A stretch of DNA of 36,996 bases, from contig NW_021826223.1 in the NCBI RefSeq assembly GCF_006345805.1, positions 1-36,996 on the forward strand, written 5' to 3'. This DNA is from Octopus sinensis. Its lineage: Eukaryota. A program made the position numbers and the translations under genes. The notes beneath the pieces are model-generated. The model was given only the letters and a program-made list of their open reading frames with translations, did no database searches and was not told where the DNA came from. Shown here one piece after another: positions 22,900 to 33,742 of this stretch (positions are counted from its first letter, which is position 1; each line of letters starts with the position of its first letter).

Positions 22900-23280
22900 G
22901 TTACAACTTACACAATATTTGCGCAATATGAACTTTCTAATCATCATGGGAACGTTATCAAATTGAGGTTTGCTGACTTGTTCACAAACTAACAAATGTT
23001 TAACGAGGGATCGAATTATTGTAATGATGCCATCTTGCCATCTTCCAATCTGGATTCCGAGATAGCAAAAGACACATGAAATAATTACAAGAACAACTAA
23101 GACGCATAAATACAATATGGTTTAATCCACCATTCAGCTAAACGGTTGTTGTATCATTTGCTAAAATGTTTTTTTTTATTGTAATAAAAGTTTCCTTTGC
23201 CTCATAAATATTACAAAATATTTAACAAAAATTACATCAAAAGTTCATAATCAGCTATACACAAAATCCAACCAATTTCA
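22900..23280 (+). pseudogene. Penelope-like element RT thumb and linker, decayed
   Basis: SNHHGNVIKLRFADLFTN*QMFNEGSNYCNDAI, then RRINTIWFNPPFS*TVVVSFAKMFFLL**KFPLPHKYYKIFNKNYIKSS*S. The WFNPP...FP..H...KIFN.N..K.SYS pattern is characteristic of PLEs. Confidence 0.85.
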
Positions 23281-23483
23281 ACACAGGGGATATGGTGAGT
23301 TTAGTTAGAAGGTTTCTATAGAAGTCCAGCTGGTGGACTGTTGCTCTTCTTCGAAAGCCATCCTTGGTATTGTGTCGTACTGATTCCACCTGAGAATTAC
23401 TTAATTCAGCTGATTGAATAGGTGAACGCCTACACGTCGAAATCGACGGAAGGATTTATGCATACATAAATATATACATATAT

Positions 23484-23549
<66 letters not shown>

Positions 23550-23916
23550 GTACACACACACAAACACACGTACGTGTGTGTATGTATGTATGTATGTATA
23601 TTTTGGCATGGTGGCGTCTCTCAGATACCCTTGTAAAATAATTATCACCTTTGTATGGTATTTATTCCCATGCTGGCCACTCGATAATAATCGATATTTA
23701 AATATGGATATTATCCTTATTTATAAATTTATATAATTCGTCACTATATTCACTGCGGTGTTTATTTTGACCATATCGTGCTTATGAGGTGGTTGGCGGG
23801 CAATTTGAACTGGCCTTGTACATACGTGCATATATATGCATGCATGGACGTTCGTATATGTAAGTATAACGTTTGTTCTGTATATATATATTTGTATTTA
23901 TGTGCCCATCTGATAT

Positions 23917-23975
23917 ATTCAACTGATGAAGGCAAAGCTTATTTGAAGCAAAGCTAGAAATCCAGGATGTTGAAT
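23917..23975 (+). ncRNA. Decayed hammerhead motif
   Basis: AUUCAA-CUGAUGA-...-GAAA-UCCAGGA-U-G-UUGAAU. Stem I is 6 bp, but the cleavage position is G and stem II is poor. Confidence 0.5.
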
Positions 23976-24412
23976 TATTCAGTAATATTTTTTGCTAGTC
24001 TATTTTGTCCCTCTGTCTTATCTCATGGTGCGATATAAACATTTAAGGTGGTTTTTAGAGTCAGGGATTTGACCCTATTTCGACATGGTGGTGTCACTCA
24101 GACACCCTTATTTATAGTTGTAAAAAAAATATTACCTTAGTATGGTATTTATTCCCATGCTGGCCACTTGATAATATCGATATTTAAATATCTTTAATGT
24201 TGGATAAAATTTTATCAATGGCCAGCATATTAAAAAATACCGTTAAAGGTTAAAATTATAAACAACTTATAAATAAGGGCAAAAAGAAAAAATTTCTAAT
24301 GCCAAATATGCCGAAAATTGGACATATTGTCCATAACCATATAATTTTTCACAATACGCACGCTACTCGAAAAAAAGCCGACAGAAATTTCTAAAAAATT
24401 CCATTATTACCA

Positions 24413-24465
24413 TATCGGACCGATTTCAGGGTTAGTTCGTAAGAACCCTCCCTTCGTCAGTGATA
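24413..24465 (-). ncRNA. Slightly decayed type I hammerhead
   Basis: Minus strand: UAUCA-CUGACGA-AGGG-ag-GGUUC-uuac-GAACU-aa-CCCU-GAAAU-CG-GUC^CGAUA. Two transitions from ideal pairing. Confidence 0.65.
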
Positions 24466-24665
24466 AATGTGGCAAAGAAATAAATGAGATACTTACTCTT
24501 AAATATCGATATTATCCTTATTTATAAATATATATATATATATATATATATAATGGTATTCATCTCCCTTTTAGTAGAAGAAATAGCTATAATCTCTTTG
24601 ACTGCTATTTCTAAATTCGGTGTGTGGTAAGGCAATTCGTTGCTAAACCCTTAATTGCTTAGTAT

Positions 24666-24719
<54 letters not shown>

Positions 24720-24767
24720 TATATATAATATATACTTACATACACACACACATATATATATATATAT

Positions 24768-24815
<48 letters not shown>

Positions 24816-25703
24816 TGTATTATCTGGCCATCGGTTTCCTTGTAGAGAAATTCTAAGAGCTCCATGAATACCATTAATTTATCAACAACCACCATAATTA
24901 GATAATAATAATTTTAATCTAATTTCATTTATTTTAACTTATATATTAATCTCATAACTCCTACACTCAAATCAATTCCTCTCACATAGCCTCTTACTGC
25001 TTCATAAAGTTCCTCTTTTTGTTGTACAGTTACATATCTTATTAAAGTTTGACTTTTTTCTTTGCACATTATCTCTCTTTGGTTATACAATTAAACATTT
25101 TAAACAATATCGACTTTCCTTACATGCTTCTTCCGCCATAAGTTAAATAATTATTGCGGATTATACCTTTGTATACATAACAACGCACATATTGACAATA
25201 GATCTTAAGCTATTGTCTATACGTATTTTTTATGTGTACAAAATTATAACAAAAAACGTATAGAGATATGTGTTTTCTTAACTCAATTCAGATTACCATA
25301 AACCTAGACATTCTGTTATTATTGAATTATAAGCCAACTTTGTTTTAAAAACCGTCATTTTGAATATACTAGCATCTTTAATTACTCTTGGCTCACAATG
25401 CTAACACGGAATAATTCAGACAGTTTTATCAATAATCAGAAATACAAAACATATCCCATTGGCTCTATTCTTTCCGATATATTCCATTCAGTAAGACAAA
25501 ATATTTGTCTGGAAGTAGCGTTTAGTAACATGAGAATTATGTCTCATTGCTCCGACGATTAAGAAGCTGAAACACTAAATTCTTTTGCGAAGGTAATACA
25601 GCTTTCTGTTGAAAATAAATCATAGCCTGCTTCATTAAGAAACAGGTATTGAGTTCTTGTTTTTCTTTCTAGTCTGTTTTTTTTTCCTCTCAAGCCCTCA
25701 AAT

Positions 25704-26025
25704 GGGAGCTCGGGGGTCAAGGAATTTCTCCTGGTTGAACCGCTACTTCCCCGCTTTGAAAGGTCGCAGGCTTGGTGCCATGGATACGTGATGAAAATGT
25801 CGTAGGAAAAATTCACAAGACAGAATCTCCAAGCCAAGCAGGGGACCTAAGGGTATACCAAGAAGAAGATGTTTGGATAATATTCATAATCTAAGTCGGT
25901 CACATTGGGGAATCCTTCCAGAAAGTGTAGCCACAGTCATTTATGATAGGACTATGGAGGTGCTCGAGGACTCCGCCCTCACGAACCTCCAAGAAATAGT
26001 GATCGGAGATGTGAGGATGGATGGA
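25704..26025 (+). pseudogene. RTE-clade LINE ORF C-terminus and 3' end, 5'-truncated and frameshifted
   Basis: GVKEFLLVEPLLPRFERSQAWCHGYVMKMS*EKFTRQNLQAK / KGIPRRRCLDNIHNLSRSHWGI...DR resembles the RTE pattern LRW.GHV.RM...G.RPRGRPR.RWLD.I...DR..W. It ends in gatggatgga. Confidence 0.75.
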
Positions 26026-26421
26026 GTTCAAATAAAACTATCTTACTCATGCGTATACATACAAGCTTGATTGTCACTCGAATGGAAGTATGACCAGATA
26101 CCTCGTACAATGCTGACGCTAGTTGTTTCAGGTACTTCCGTAGAGGTGAACAGACACAACCGCTCTCACAGCCCTTTTACATTCAAATAACCGGAGTATC
26201 CAGATTGTTACATTTGCGGTGAAGCAAACCTTCCCCACGTTGTCAGCTGGTACTCCTTTTCAGCAGAGGAGTTTAGAACATCGAGTGGTGAAGTGTCTTG
26301 CTCAAGGACTCACTAGGCTACCCGGTTCAGAAATCGATCACCATAACCACTAGGTCACGTGCCTTCACTCTCACTCTTCATGTCTCTCCCCCACTACGCT
26401 TTCTGTATACAACACACACAT

Positions 26422-26590
26422 ATATTTCTTTACTGCCCACAAGGGGCTAAAGATAGAGGACACAAACAAGGACAGACAAAGGGATTAGGTTGATTACATC
26501 GACCCCAGTGCGCAACTGGTACTTATTTAATCGACCCTGAAAGGATGAAAGGCAAAGTCGACCTCGGCGGAATTTGAATTCAGACCGTAA
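26422..26590 (-). mobile_element. SINE type A, 5'-truncated (tail variant 1)
   Basis: Body and tail homologous to 13215-13380. Confidence 0.88.
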
Positions 26591-27388
26591 CACACACACG
26601 CACACATACACTCACAACACGTCTATATGTATATAAATGTATCTATATGCCCACTCATTTACTCACATACACACGCACAGAGAAAAATATACACACACAC
26701 ACATACACACACACACATACACACACGCACACACATAAACACACTGCACGCACATATCAGTATGCATGCATACATGTATACACACATACAGATACACATA
26801 CATACGTATGCATATAAACTCATACACATATATACACTTATAGCGAAATACCATAGTCAGCCGAGGATTCGGGCAAAGATGGAAATCTGTTTTGTTGAAT
26901 AGAACCAATTCCTTCATATATTAATATTATTGATCGTTACAGGAAAGAATGGATGCATTACAATGTCGAGGAGGAAACGGGTTAGCTGGAAGATCGCATT
27001 AGTGGCAATGTGTAGGGTAGGTCAGGAAACTGGATGTGGGGAATGTGACGTTCACGGTAAGTGGTATGTAGGGGAATGTACGCATGTGCGTTGTGTGTTT
27101 ATCTGTCTTTCTATGTCTGTATATATATATATATATATATATATTAGAAGGTTTGGAGATGATGTACAGGTATTTTATATTAGAAGAAATGAGGTACTCA
27201 GAAATTCGGATGGCTTTATATTTACAGATATTTATTTGTATATTACATGTTTTTATACATCATATATCATACATCATATATTAGCGCTTTCGTCCATTCT
27301 GGTGGAGTTTTCAAATTGAACTAAGTTCTTGGGGGAAAATTTGACCATTTTTATAGTGTTATTGAGTGTTTTATAGTGCTATTGAGTG

Positions 27389-27442
<54 letters not shown>

Positions 27443-27774
27443 TACACACACATTACGTGTGTATGTCTGCGTATGCTTTTGTTTGTATGTCTATATGCCT
27501 GCGTGGATGTGTGTGATGTGTGTATGTGCATGCATAAATACATATACATACATATTTACATGCATACATACATACAAATATGTATGACCATAACTCCCTC
27601 TCACTCTCATGTTCTCTCTCCTTCCTTCCCCCTCCCTCTCTCCCCACTATCTTATGGTATGTTTCTGATAGTGTAGTTAGGTATTTAGCTCAACTGGTCA
27701 CTACATAGAAGTCTTGTGAAAATATTTATTAATATCTATAATTGTATTTATTTCATTCGGGAATGATGGAGTAA

Positions 27775-27795
27775 ATGGTGATTATGATAATGACA

Positions 27796-27826
<31 letters not shown>

Positions 27827-27950
27827 CGATGATGATGACGACGACGACGACGACGATGATGATGATGACGATTATGATGATGATGACGATTATGATGATG
27901 ATGACGACGATGATGACGATTATGATGATGATGATGATGATTATAATGAT
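27775..27950. repeat. (GAT/GAC)n triplet repeat
   Basis: Directly visible. Confidence 0.9.
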
Positions 27951-27971
27951 TTCAAACAGGATGAGTAACTT

Positions 27972-28115
27972 TGGGAGGGGGGTTATTCGATTACATCGAT
28001 AAAAGAAAGTACACTGACTGGTACTTTATTTTATCGACCTGAAAAGGAGGAAAGACGAAGCTGACTCCGGTGGCATTTGAACTCTGGACGCAATGAACCC
28101 AAGAAAAAATGCTTC
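27972..28115 (-). mobile_element. Decayed SINE type A
   Basis: cgattacatcga...actggtactt...atcgacc...atttgaactc. Confidence 0.65.
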
Positions 28116-28201
28116 AATGTACTCACCCTCTCCACTAAAATTGCCGACCATGATCCAAAACTAGAAATCATCATCGTCATCATCATCATTATTATTATTT
28201 C

Positions 28202-28400
28202 GGTGACGAGCCGGCCGAATCGTTAGCACTCCGGGCAAAATGCTTAGCGGCATTTCGTCCGTCCCTATGTTCTGAGTTCAAAATCTTTGCTTGTAATCTT
28301 TTCGAAGTCGACTTTGCTTGTAATCTTTTCGAAGTCGATAAAATATGTACCAGTTGAATACTGAGGTCGATGTAATCGACTAATCCCCTCGTCAAAATCT
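28202..28400 (+). mobile_element. SINE type A with an internal 27-bp tandem duplication
   Basis: ctttgcttgtaatcttttcgaagtcga occurs twice within the body. Confidence 0.8.
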
Positions 28401-28714
28401 GAAAGCATGATTATTATTATTATTATTTGTTGGACGAGATTTTATGGGTTAGATACACACTTTCTTGTCTGGCCAAGTCCTCAACATTTCCAAGTTTCAC
28501 TTGAAAAGGAAAATATGCTCGGAGTGGGAAGTGCTACCTTCAAGCAAATTTCTTGACATGTGAATACGGGTGGTGACCACGGTCCAACTGAACGGTCCTG
28601 CTCTGAGCGTGTTCCTCTAAACCGGAAACTAGGAGAGGCTACATGTCCTTGCAGCCAGAATGAGTCTGGTTTTGTGGGGTACTTACACATGTACCCCTCG
28701 ATGGTCTCTCTCGC

Positions 28715-29328
28715 CTTACCTTTTACTTTTTAGTCATTTGGCTGCGGCCATGCTGGGGGCACCACCTTGAACAAATCGACGGCAGGACTGATTTTATTTT
28801 AAGCCTGGTATTTACTCTATCGATCTCTTTAGCCGAACCGCTAATTTACGGGGGTGGGGGAGGTAGACGGACCAGCACCAGTTGTCAAGAGGTGATGAGG
28901 TATAAACACAGACACAAAGACACACACTCATAGGTATATACAAGGGCGGCGAACTGGCACAATCGTTAGCACGCCGGGCGAAATGCGTAGCCGTATTTCG
29001 TCTGCAGTTACGTTCTGGGTTCAAATTCCGCCGAGGTCGACTTTGCCTTTCATCCTTTCGGGGTCGATAAATTAAGTACCAGTTACGCACTGGGGTCGAT
29101 GTAATCGACTTAATACCTATGTCTGTCCTTGTTTGTCCACTCTGTGTTTAGCCCCTTATGGGTAGTAAAGAAATAGGTATATACAAGTATATATGAGACG
29201 GCTTCTTTTAGTTTCCTTCTACTAAATCCACTTATAGAAAACACTTGTCGAAAGTTCCACGCAAAGGGACTGAACCTAGAATCATTTGGTTGGGAAGCAA
29301 ACTTCTCATCACACAGCCACGCCTGCAC
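28715..29328 (-). mobile_element. SINE type B split by a type A insertion
   Basis: Tail at 28715-28925 and head at 29196-29328. Confidence 0.75.
28945..29180 (+). mobile_element. Full-length SINE type A with 15-bp TSD
   Basis: ataggtatatacaag at 28930-28944 and 29173-29187. Confidence 0.92.
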
Positions 29329-29418
29329 CTTTCTCTCCTTTTATGGAATTCTTCGTTCTTTGGATCTCCGTTAATTATTTTCCCTCTTACACGCCATTTT
29401 TATGTATTCCCACTCTAT

Positions 29419-29626
29419 ATACCCATTTCTTTACTAACCCCAAGGGGCTAAACACAGAGAGGACAAACAGGCAAACGGATTAAGTCGATTATATCAACCC
29501 CAGTGCGTAACTGGTACTTAATTTATCGACCCCGAAAGGTTGAAAGGCAAAGTCGACCTCGGCAGAATTTGAACTCAGAACGTAACGGCAGACGAAATGC
29601 CGCTAAGCATTTCGCCCGGCGCGCTA
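29419..29626 (-). mobile_element. SINE type A lacking the first ~20 nt of the head (tail variant 1)
   Basis: Homology to 13215-13430. Confidence 0.88.
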
Positions 29627-29726
29627 TACCACCCTCATGGATACGCAATGTTAGACACACATGGACACGTGCATATGGGTATATTAGCATATTCAGCTCT
29701 TCCCAATCTATGCTCCTAATATATTT

Positions 29727-29903
29727 GGTTTCAAATTTTAGCACGGCACCAATGTTCGACTGGTACCTAATTTAGCAACCCAGAACGAGTTTGAAAGGCA
29801 CAGTAGACCTCAACGGAATTTGAACTCAGAACGTAAACAACCGACGAAATGCCGCTAGCCATTTTGCCCGGCGTGCTTAACGATGCCGCCAGCTCGCTAC
29901 CTT
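29727..29903 (-). mobile_element. Older SINE type A (tail variant 3) with 17-bp TSD
   Basis: tatgctcct(a/t)atatatt at 29709-29725 and 29903-29919. Confidence 0.8.
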
Positions 29904-29947
29904 ATGCTCCTTATATATTCACTAACATATATAAATTAACAGCAACA

Positions 29948-29958
29948 GGGACAGTAGC

Positions 29959-30009
<51 letters not shown>

Positions 30010-30016
30010 GGTGGTG

Positions 30017-30047
<31 letters not shown>

Positions 30048-30105
30048 GAGGAGGAGGAGGAGGAAGGAGGAGGAGGAGGAGGAAGGAGGAGGAGGAAGAG
30101 GAGGA
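29948..30105. repeat. (GTA)(GGT)(GGA) compound triplet repeat
   Basis: Directly visible. Confidence 0.9.
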
Positions 30106-30766
30106 GAGTGCCACAAAATTGATAAACTATGACAAATTTACATAATTTCAATATTGCCTGTACTTGCATATACATATATATGTATGTATGTATATATGTA
30201 TGTATGTATGTATATGTGTATGTATGTATATGTGTGCATATATGTATATATATATATGTATGTGTGTATGTATATTTATATTCATATATTCACATATGTA
30301 TACGCACATATAATCACATACATATTGACACATATGGGCTATGTGTGCGTGCACATCACACACACGTTTACGCGTGTATATACATTGAATTGAACTGGGA
30401 CTAGATTTTACCTACCAGCTCCAAAATTAAAGAAGTTCAATCACCTTAACTATGGAATGACATAGAAAGCATAACTGAAATCTTTAGCAGCACGCAATCC
30501 TTTCAAAAAAGAACAAAAAAATACCCAAAACACGCAACTATGGAACGACAACAGAGGCATAATTGAAATCTTTAACAGCACGCAACAAGTAGGGCGTTAC
30601 GCTTTAATCAAACTTAACTATGGAAAAACTTAAAAGAAATGACGAATTCTTCCACAATGAAACAAAGTTATGAAGAAGAAATTTATGTCCCACGATTTAA
30701 ATATAAATGTTTATAAAAAGTGGGTTAGTTACGGTCCCAGTTGGTCTCATAAATATAATACTAAAA

Positions 30767-30996
30767 GGCGGTCAGCTGGCAGAATCGTAAGCACGCCGGG
30801 CGAAGTGCTTTGCGGTATTTCGTCCGCCGCTGCGTTCTGAGTTCAGATTCCGCCGAGGTCGACTTTGCCTTTCATACTTTCGGGGTCGATAAATTAAGTA
30901 CCAGTTACGCACTGGGGTCGATGCAATCGACTTAATCCGTTTGTCTGTTCTGGTTTGTCCCCTCTGCATTTAGCCCCTTGTGGGCAATAAAGAAAT
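30767..30996 (+). mobile_element. Full-length SINE type A with 15-bp TSD
   Basis: atataatactaaaag at 30753-30767 and 30997-31011. Confidence 0.92.
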
Positions 30997-31229
30997 ATAT
31001 AATACTAAAAGCAATCGAATTGTAGAAATGTTAAAGAGTCTGACAAAATGGTTTACTGTATTTATTGAAAGCGCTTTACATTCTGAGTTCGAATCCATTC
31101 GAAATTAATTGATCATGGCTTTTGTCCATCTGGGTTGTCGATAAACCAAATTCCTGCGAAATACTTTGGTCGAAATATGCAACTGTTTGACTCTGAAAAT
31201 CTGAGACTTTGTCGTATGTAAGAAACTTT

Positions 31230-31332
31230 GCTCCTCCTCCTCCTCTCATCCTCCACCTCCTCTCATCCTCCACCTCCTCTCATCCTCCCCCTCCTCTCCT
31301 CCCCCTTCCTCCTCCTCCTCCTCCTCCTCCTC

Positions 31333-31372
<40 letters not shown>

Positions 31373-31487
31373 TACTACTACTACTATTACAACTACAATC
31401 ACCACCACTACCATTACCACCACTACTACTACTTTCAGTAAATGGTGAAATTATATTCGTTTTGACTTCTCTACGATCTTCTTAGGC

Positions 31488-31518
<31 letters not shown>

Positions 31519-31580
31519 GGTGTTGTTGTTGTTATTATTATTATTATTTTTATTATTATTATAATTATTATTATTATTAA
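31230..31580. repeat. (CCT)(CTA)(CCA) and (TTA)n triplet repeats
   Basis: Directly visible. Confidence 0.85.
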
Positions 31581-31881
31581 ATGTGTTATTGTCTGAGCCC
31601 TTTGATCCTAATGCAATTGCACACTTTGATTGAAGCTGTAATTTTAATGAAATAACATAATTAGGTCCTTTGCATAAGATCTTACAGTTGAAAGTCAAAC
31701 GATATATTTGAAAATTGACTCGCATCAAATATACTAGTGTACGCTTAAGGTTAACCAGTATATTCATTTATATAATAGTAATAATAATAATAATATTAAT
31801 AATAATAATAATAATAATGATGATGATGATGATGATGATGATAATAATAATAATAACAATAATAATAATAATAATAATAAT

Positions 31882-32443
31882 AAAAGCCCTGATGCAGTAC
31901 CAGGCAGTGGTTCTCATGGCTTCTGATCTTTACTGATTGGAAGTGTTATCATGTACATTGTTTTGTCTTGGTATAAAAGATGGGCTACAGCAAATATTCT
32001 GCTCAATACCACAGATTTGCTTCTCAGTTGTTTGACCTTAACCAGTTGAGCATGTCCCTTAGTGGCTGACGATATGTGCATCTCTGATCACGAGCAGAAG
32101 TAGTGGGGGGGGGGCACCATAGAAATGTGTTGAGAGGAATTCTTTGGGGTTTGAATATTTCACCTCTGGAAACATGGGTGTTTCGTTCAACACCCTTAAA
32201 CAACCCTTATTCAGGGACCTATTGAGCAGGATGGGCTACTCGACCTGAAGAAAATTCTAACTGGGCCCCACCTGCAAGGTCATGTGCTGTTTATCTTGAT
32301 ATGAGATCACCATGTCGCGCAGATTTGGTTGTGATGCATGTGCCTAGTGTACACTTATTAGATGGGTTGTCATGACGGGTATACTGGGCTTCGTATATTT
32401 GTACCCCAGTGTCACTTTGATGGCATGCACTGCTCTCTCACTC
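31882..32443. mobile_element. Unclassified ~560-bp putative interspersed repeat between (TAA)n and (TGA)n tracts
   Basis: GC-richer non-simple block with abrupt microsatellite boundaries and no long ORF. It resembles from memory a high-copy octopus repeat; not verifiable here. Confidence 0.3.
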
Positions 32444-32479
32444 AATAATGATGATGATGATGATGATGATGATGATAGA

Positions 32480-32640
32480 TGCGGTAAAGTGTGGCCGCGA
32501 GGTTAAGAAGCTCGCTTTGCAATTATGCAGTTTTGTGTTCGATGTCATCATACGACAACTTGGACAAGTGTCTACCACTATAGCTGTGGGCCGACAAACA
32601 CCTGAAGACAGAAACTGTGCGGAAACCCGTTGTATACATA
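32480..32640 (+). mobile_element. Decayed SINE type B head and core
   Basis: gttaagaagctcgc...cttggacaagtgtct...ggccgac...gacagaaactgtgcggaaacccgttgtata. Confidence 0.7.
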
Positions 32641-32671
32641 CATGCATACATACATATGTATGTGTGTGTAT

Positions 32672-32716
<45 letters not shown>

Positions 32717-32717
<1 letters not shown>

Positions 32718-33325
32718 TGGGTCATCCCATAGATAATGCGGTTTTTTCAATTGCATGAACTAAAAGTCGGAGGGGGACGGGATTAACTACCTGCATAAAC
32801 TTGGTATAAAAGCAGGTAGTAATTTTACCTTCTGCTTATTCTTAGTACAAGTTTTGAAGAATGTAGTTCAATTTTGACAGTTATTTTTTCAAAGCTATAA
32901 TGGAAGTGACAAAGGAGCATATTCGGCCTATTTTGCTTTATGAGTTCAATAAAGTCGTCAACGCAACGGAAAGTGTGAGGAATATTAATTCATTATATGA
33001 GTAATGGACAATAAGCATAAGCCAGTGTCAATAATGGTTCCAGAAATTCCGAGCCGGAAACTGCAGAATAGAAGATGAACCACATCCTGTAAGATTTGTA
33101 GAGCTCGACAGGAACGTCTTGCAAAGCCTGCCGGAACAAAATCCCATTGTAATTGTTCAGGAACTAGCAGAGAAGCTTGGATTTGGTCATTCACCCATTC
33201 ATCGACACCTGCGTGCCATCGGAAAAGTCAGTAAAATGAGTCTATGGGTTCCTCACAAACTTTCCCAGTCATATCGCGCGCAGAGAGTGAATGTGTGCTC
33301 TTCTTTGTTGTCACGTGAAACGAAT
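32717..33325 (+). mobile_element. Mariner transposon 5' fragment: left TIR plus transposase pseudogene from ATG 32900
   Basis: TA then ttgggtcatcccatagataatgcggtttttt (TIR-like). MEVTKEHIRPILLYEF...*...*WFQKFRAGN...EDEPH...ELAEKLG...IHRHLRAIGKVSKMSLWVPHKL, with stops at 33002 and 33032. No catalytic domain or right TIR was found. Confidence 0.92.
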
Positions 33326-33519
33326 ATAACCGCCATCTAGCGGTGTTAAAAGGCGAGGGGGGAAACGGGCAAGGGTGATAACTCCAGTGAAATCAATCCA
33401 TTTAAGCTTTTGGAAAGTATACAAGGTGCAGTATTCTTTTGTTCCATTACTCGTTCCAGGCATTTGACTGCGGCCATGCTGGAGTACCGTATTAATAAAA
33501 GTAACTTTCTTTCCCGAGA

Positions 33520-33590
33520 CATGTAGGCTCATAAGAGCAGGTTTCCCGGTTTCATGGCGTATTTATTCGCCACCTGCACGGTGAGTATAT
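33520..33590 (-). mobile_element. 3' tail fragment of SINE type C
   Basis: The reverse complement acgccatgaaaccgggaaacctgctcttatgagcc matches 10620-10660. Confidence 0.6.
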
Positions 33591-33646
33591 TGAGTGGATT
33601 TGGTAGACGAAACTGGAAGAAACCCGCAGTGTGTATATATATATCA

Positions 33647-33682
<36 letters not shown>

Positions 33683-33742
33683 TTGTATGTATGTATGTAT
33701 GTATGTATGTATGTATGTATGTATGTATGTATATAAATATAT

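Noticed and set aside
24930-25080. Minus-strand frame RYVTVQQKEELYEAVRGYV, faintly like Ginger/KRBA2-type integrase N-termini
   Set aside because: Short, lacks the H...GHGG motif, and is surrounded by stops.
25559-25837. 92-aa minus-strand ORF with a BRO-N-like LFLNEAG motif
   Set aside because: Most of it is antisense to the RTE fragment, the motif is too short, and stops follow immediately.
27280-27325. Very degenerate hammerhead-like string on the minus strand
   Set aside because: The CUGANGA core is absent, and too many changes are needed.
30670-30715. Serpin-like EEIYVPRFKYK peptide
   Set aside because: Only about 11 residues, bounded by stops, with no other serpin motifs.
32598-32636. 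CTGAAGA...GAAAC-CC-GTT hammerhead-like string
   Set aside because: The 3' part is ordinary SINE type B core (gacggaaactg...gaagcccgtcgtata), and stem II does not close.
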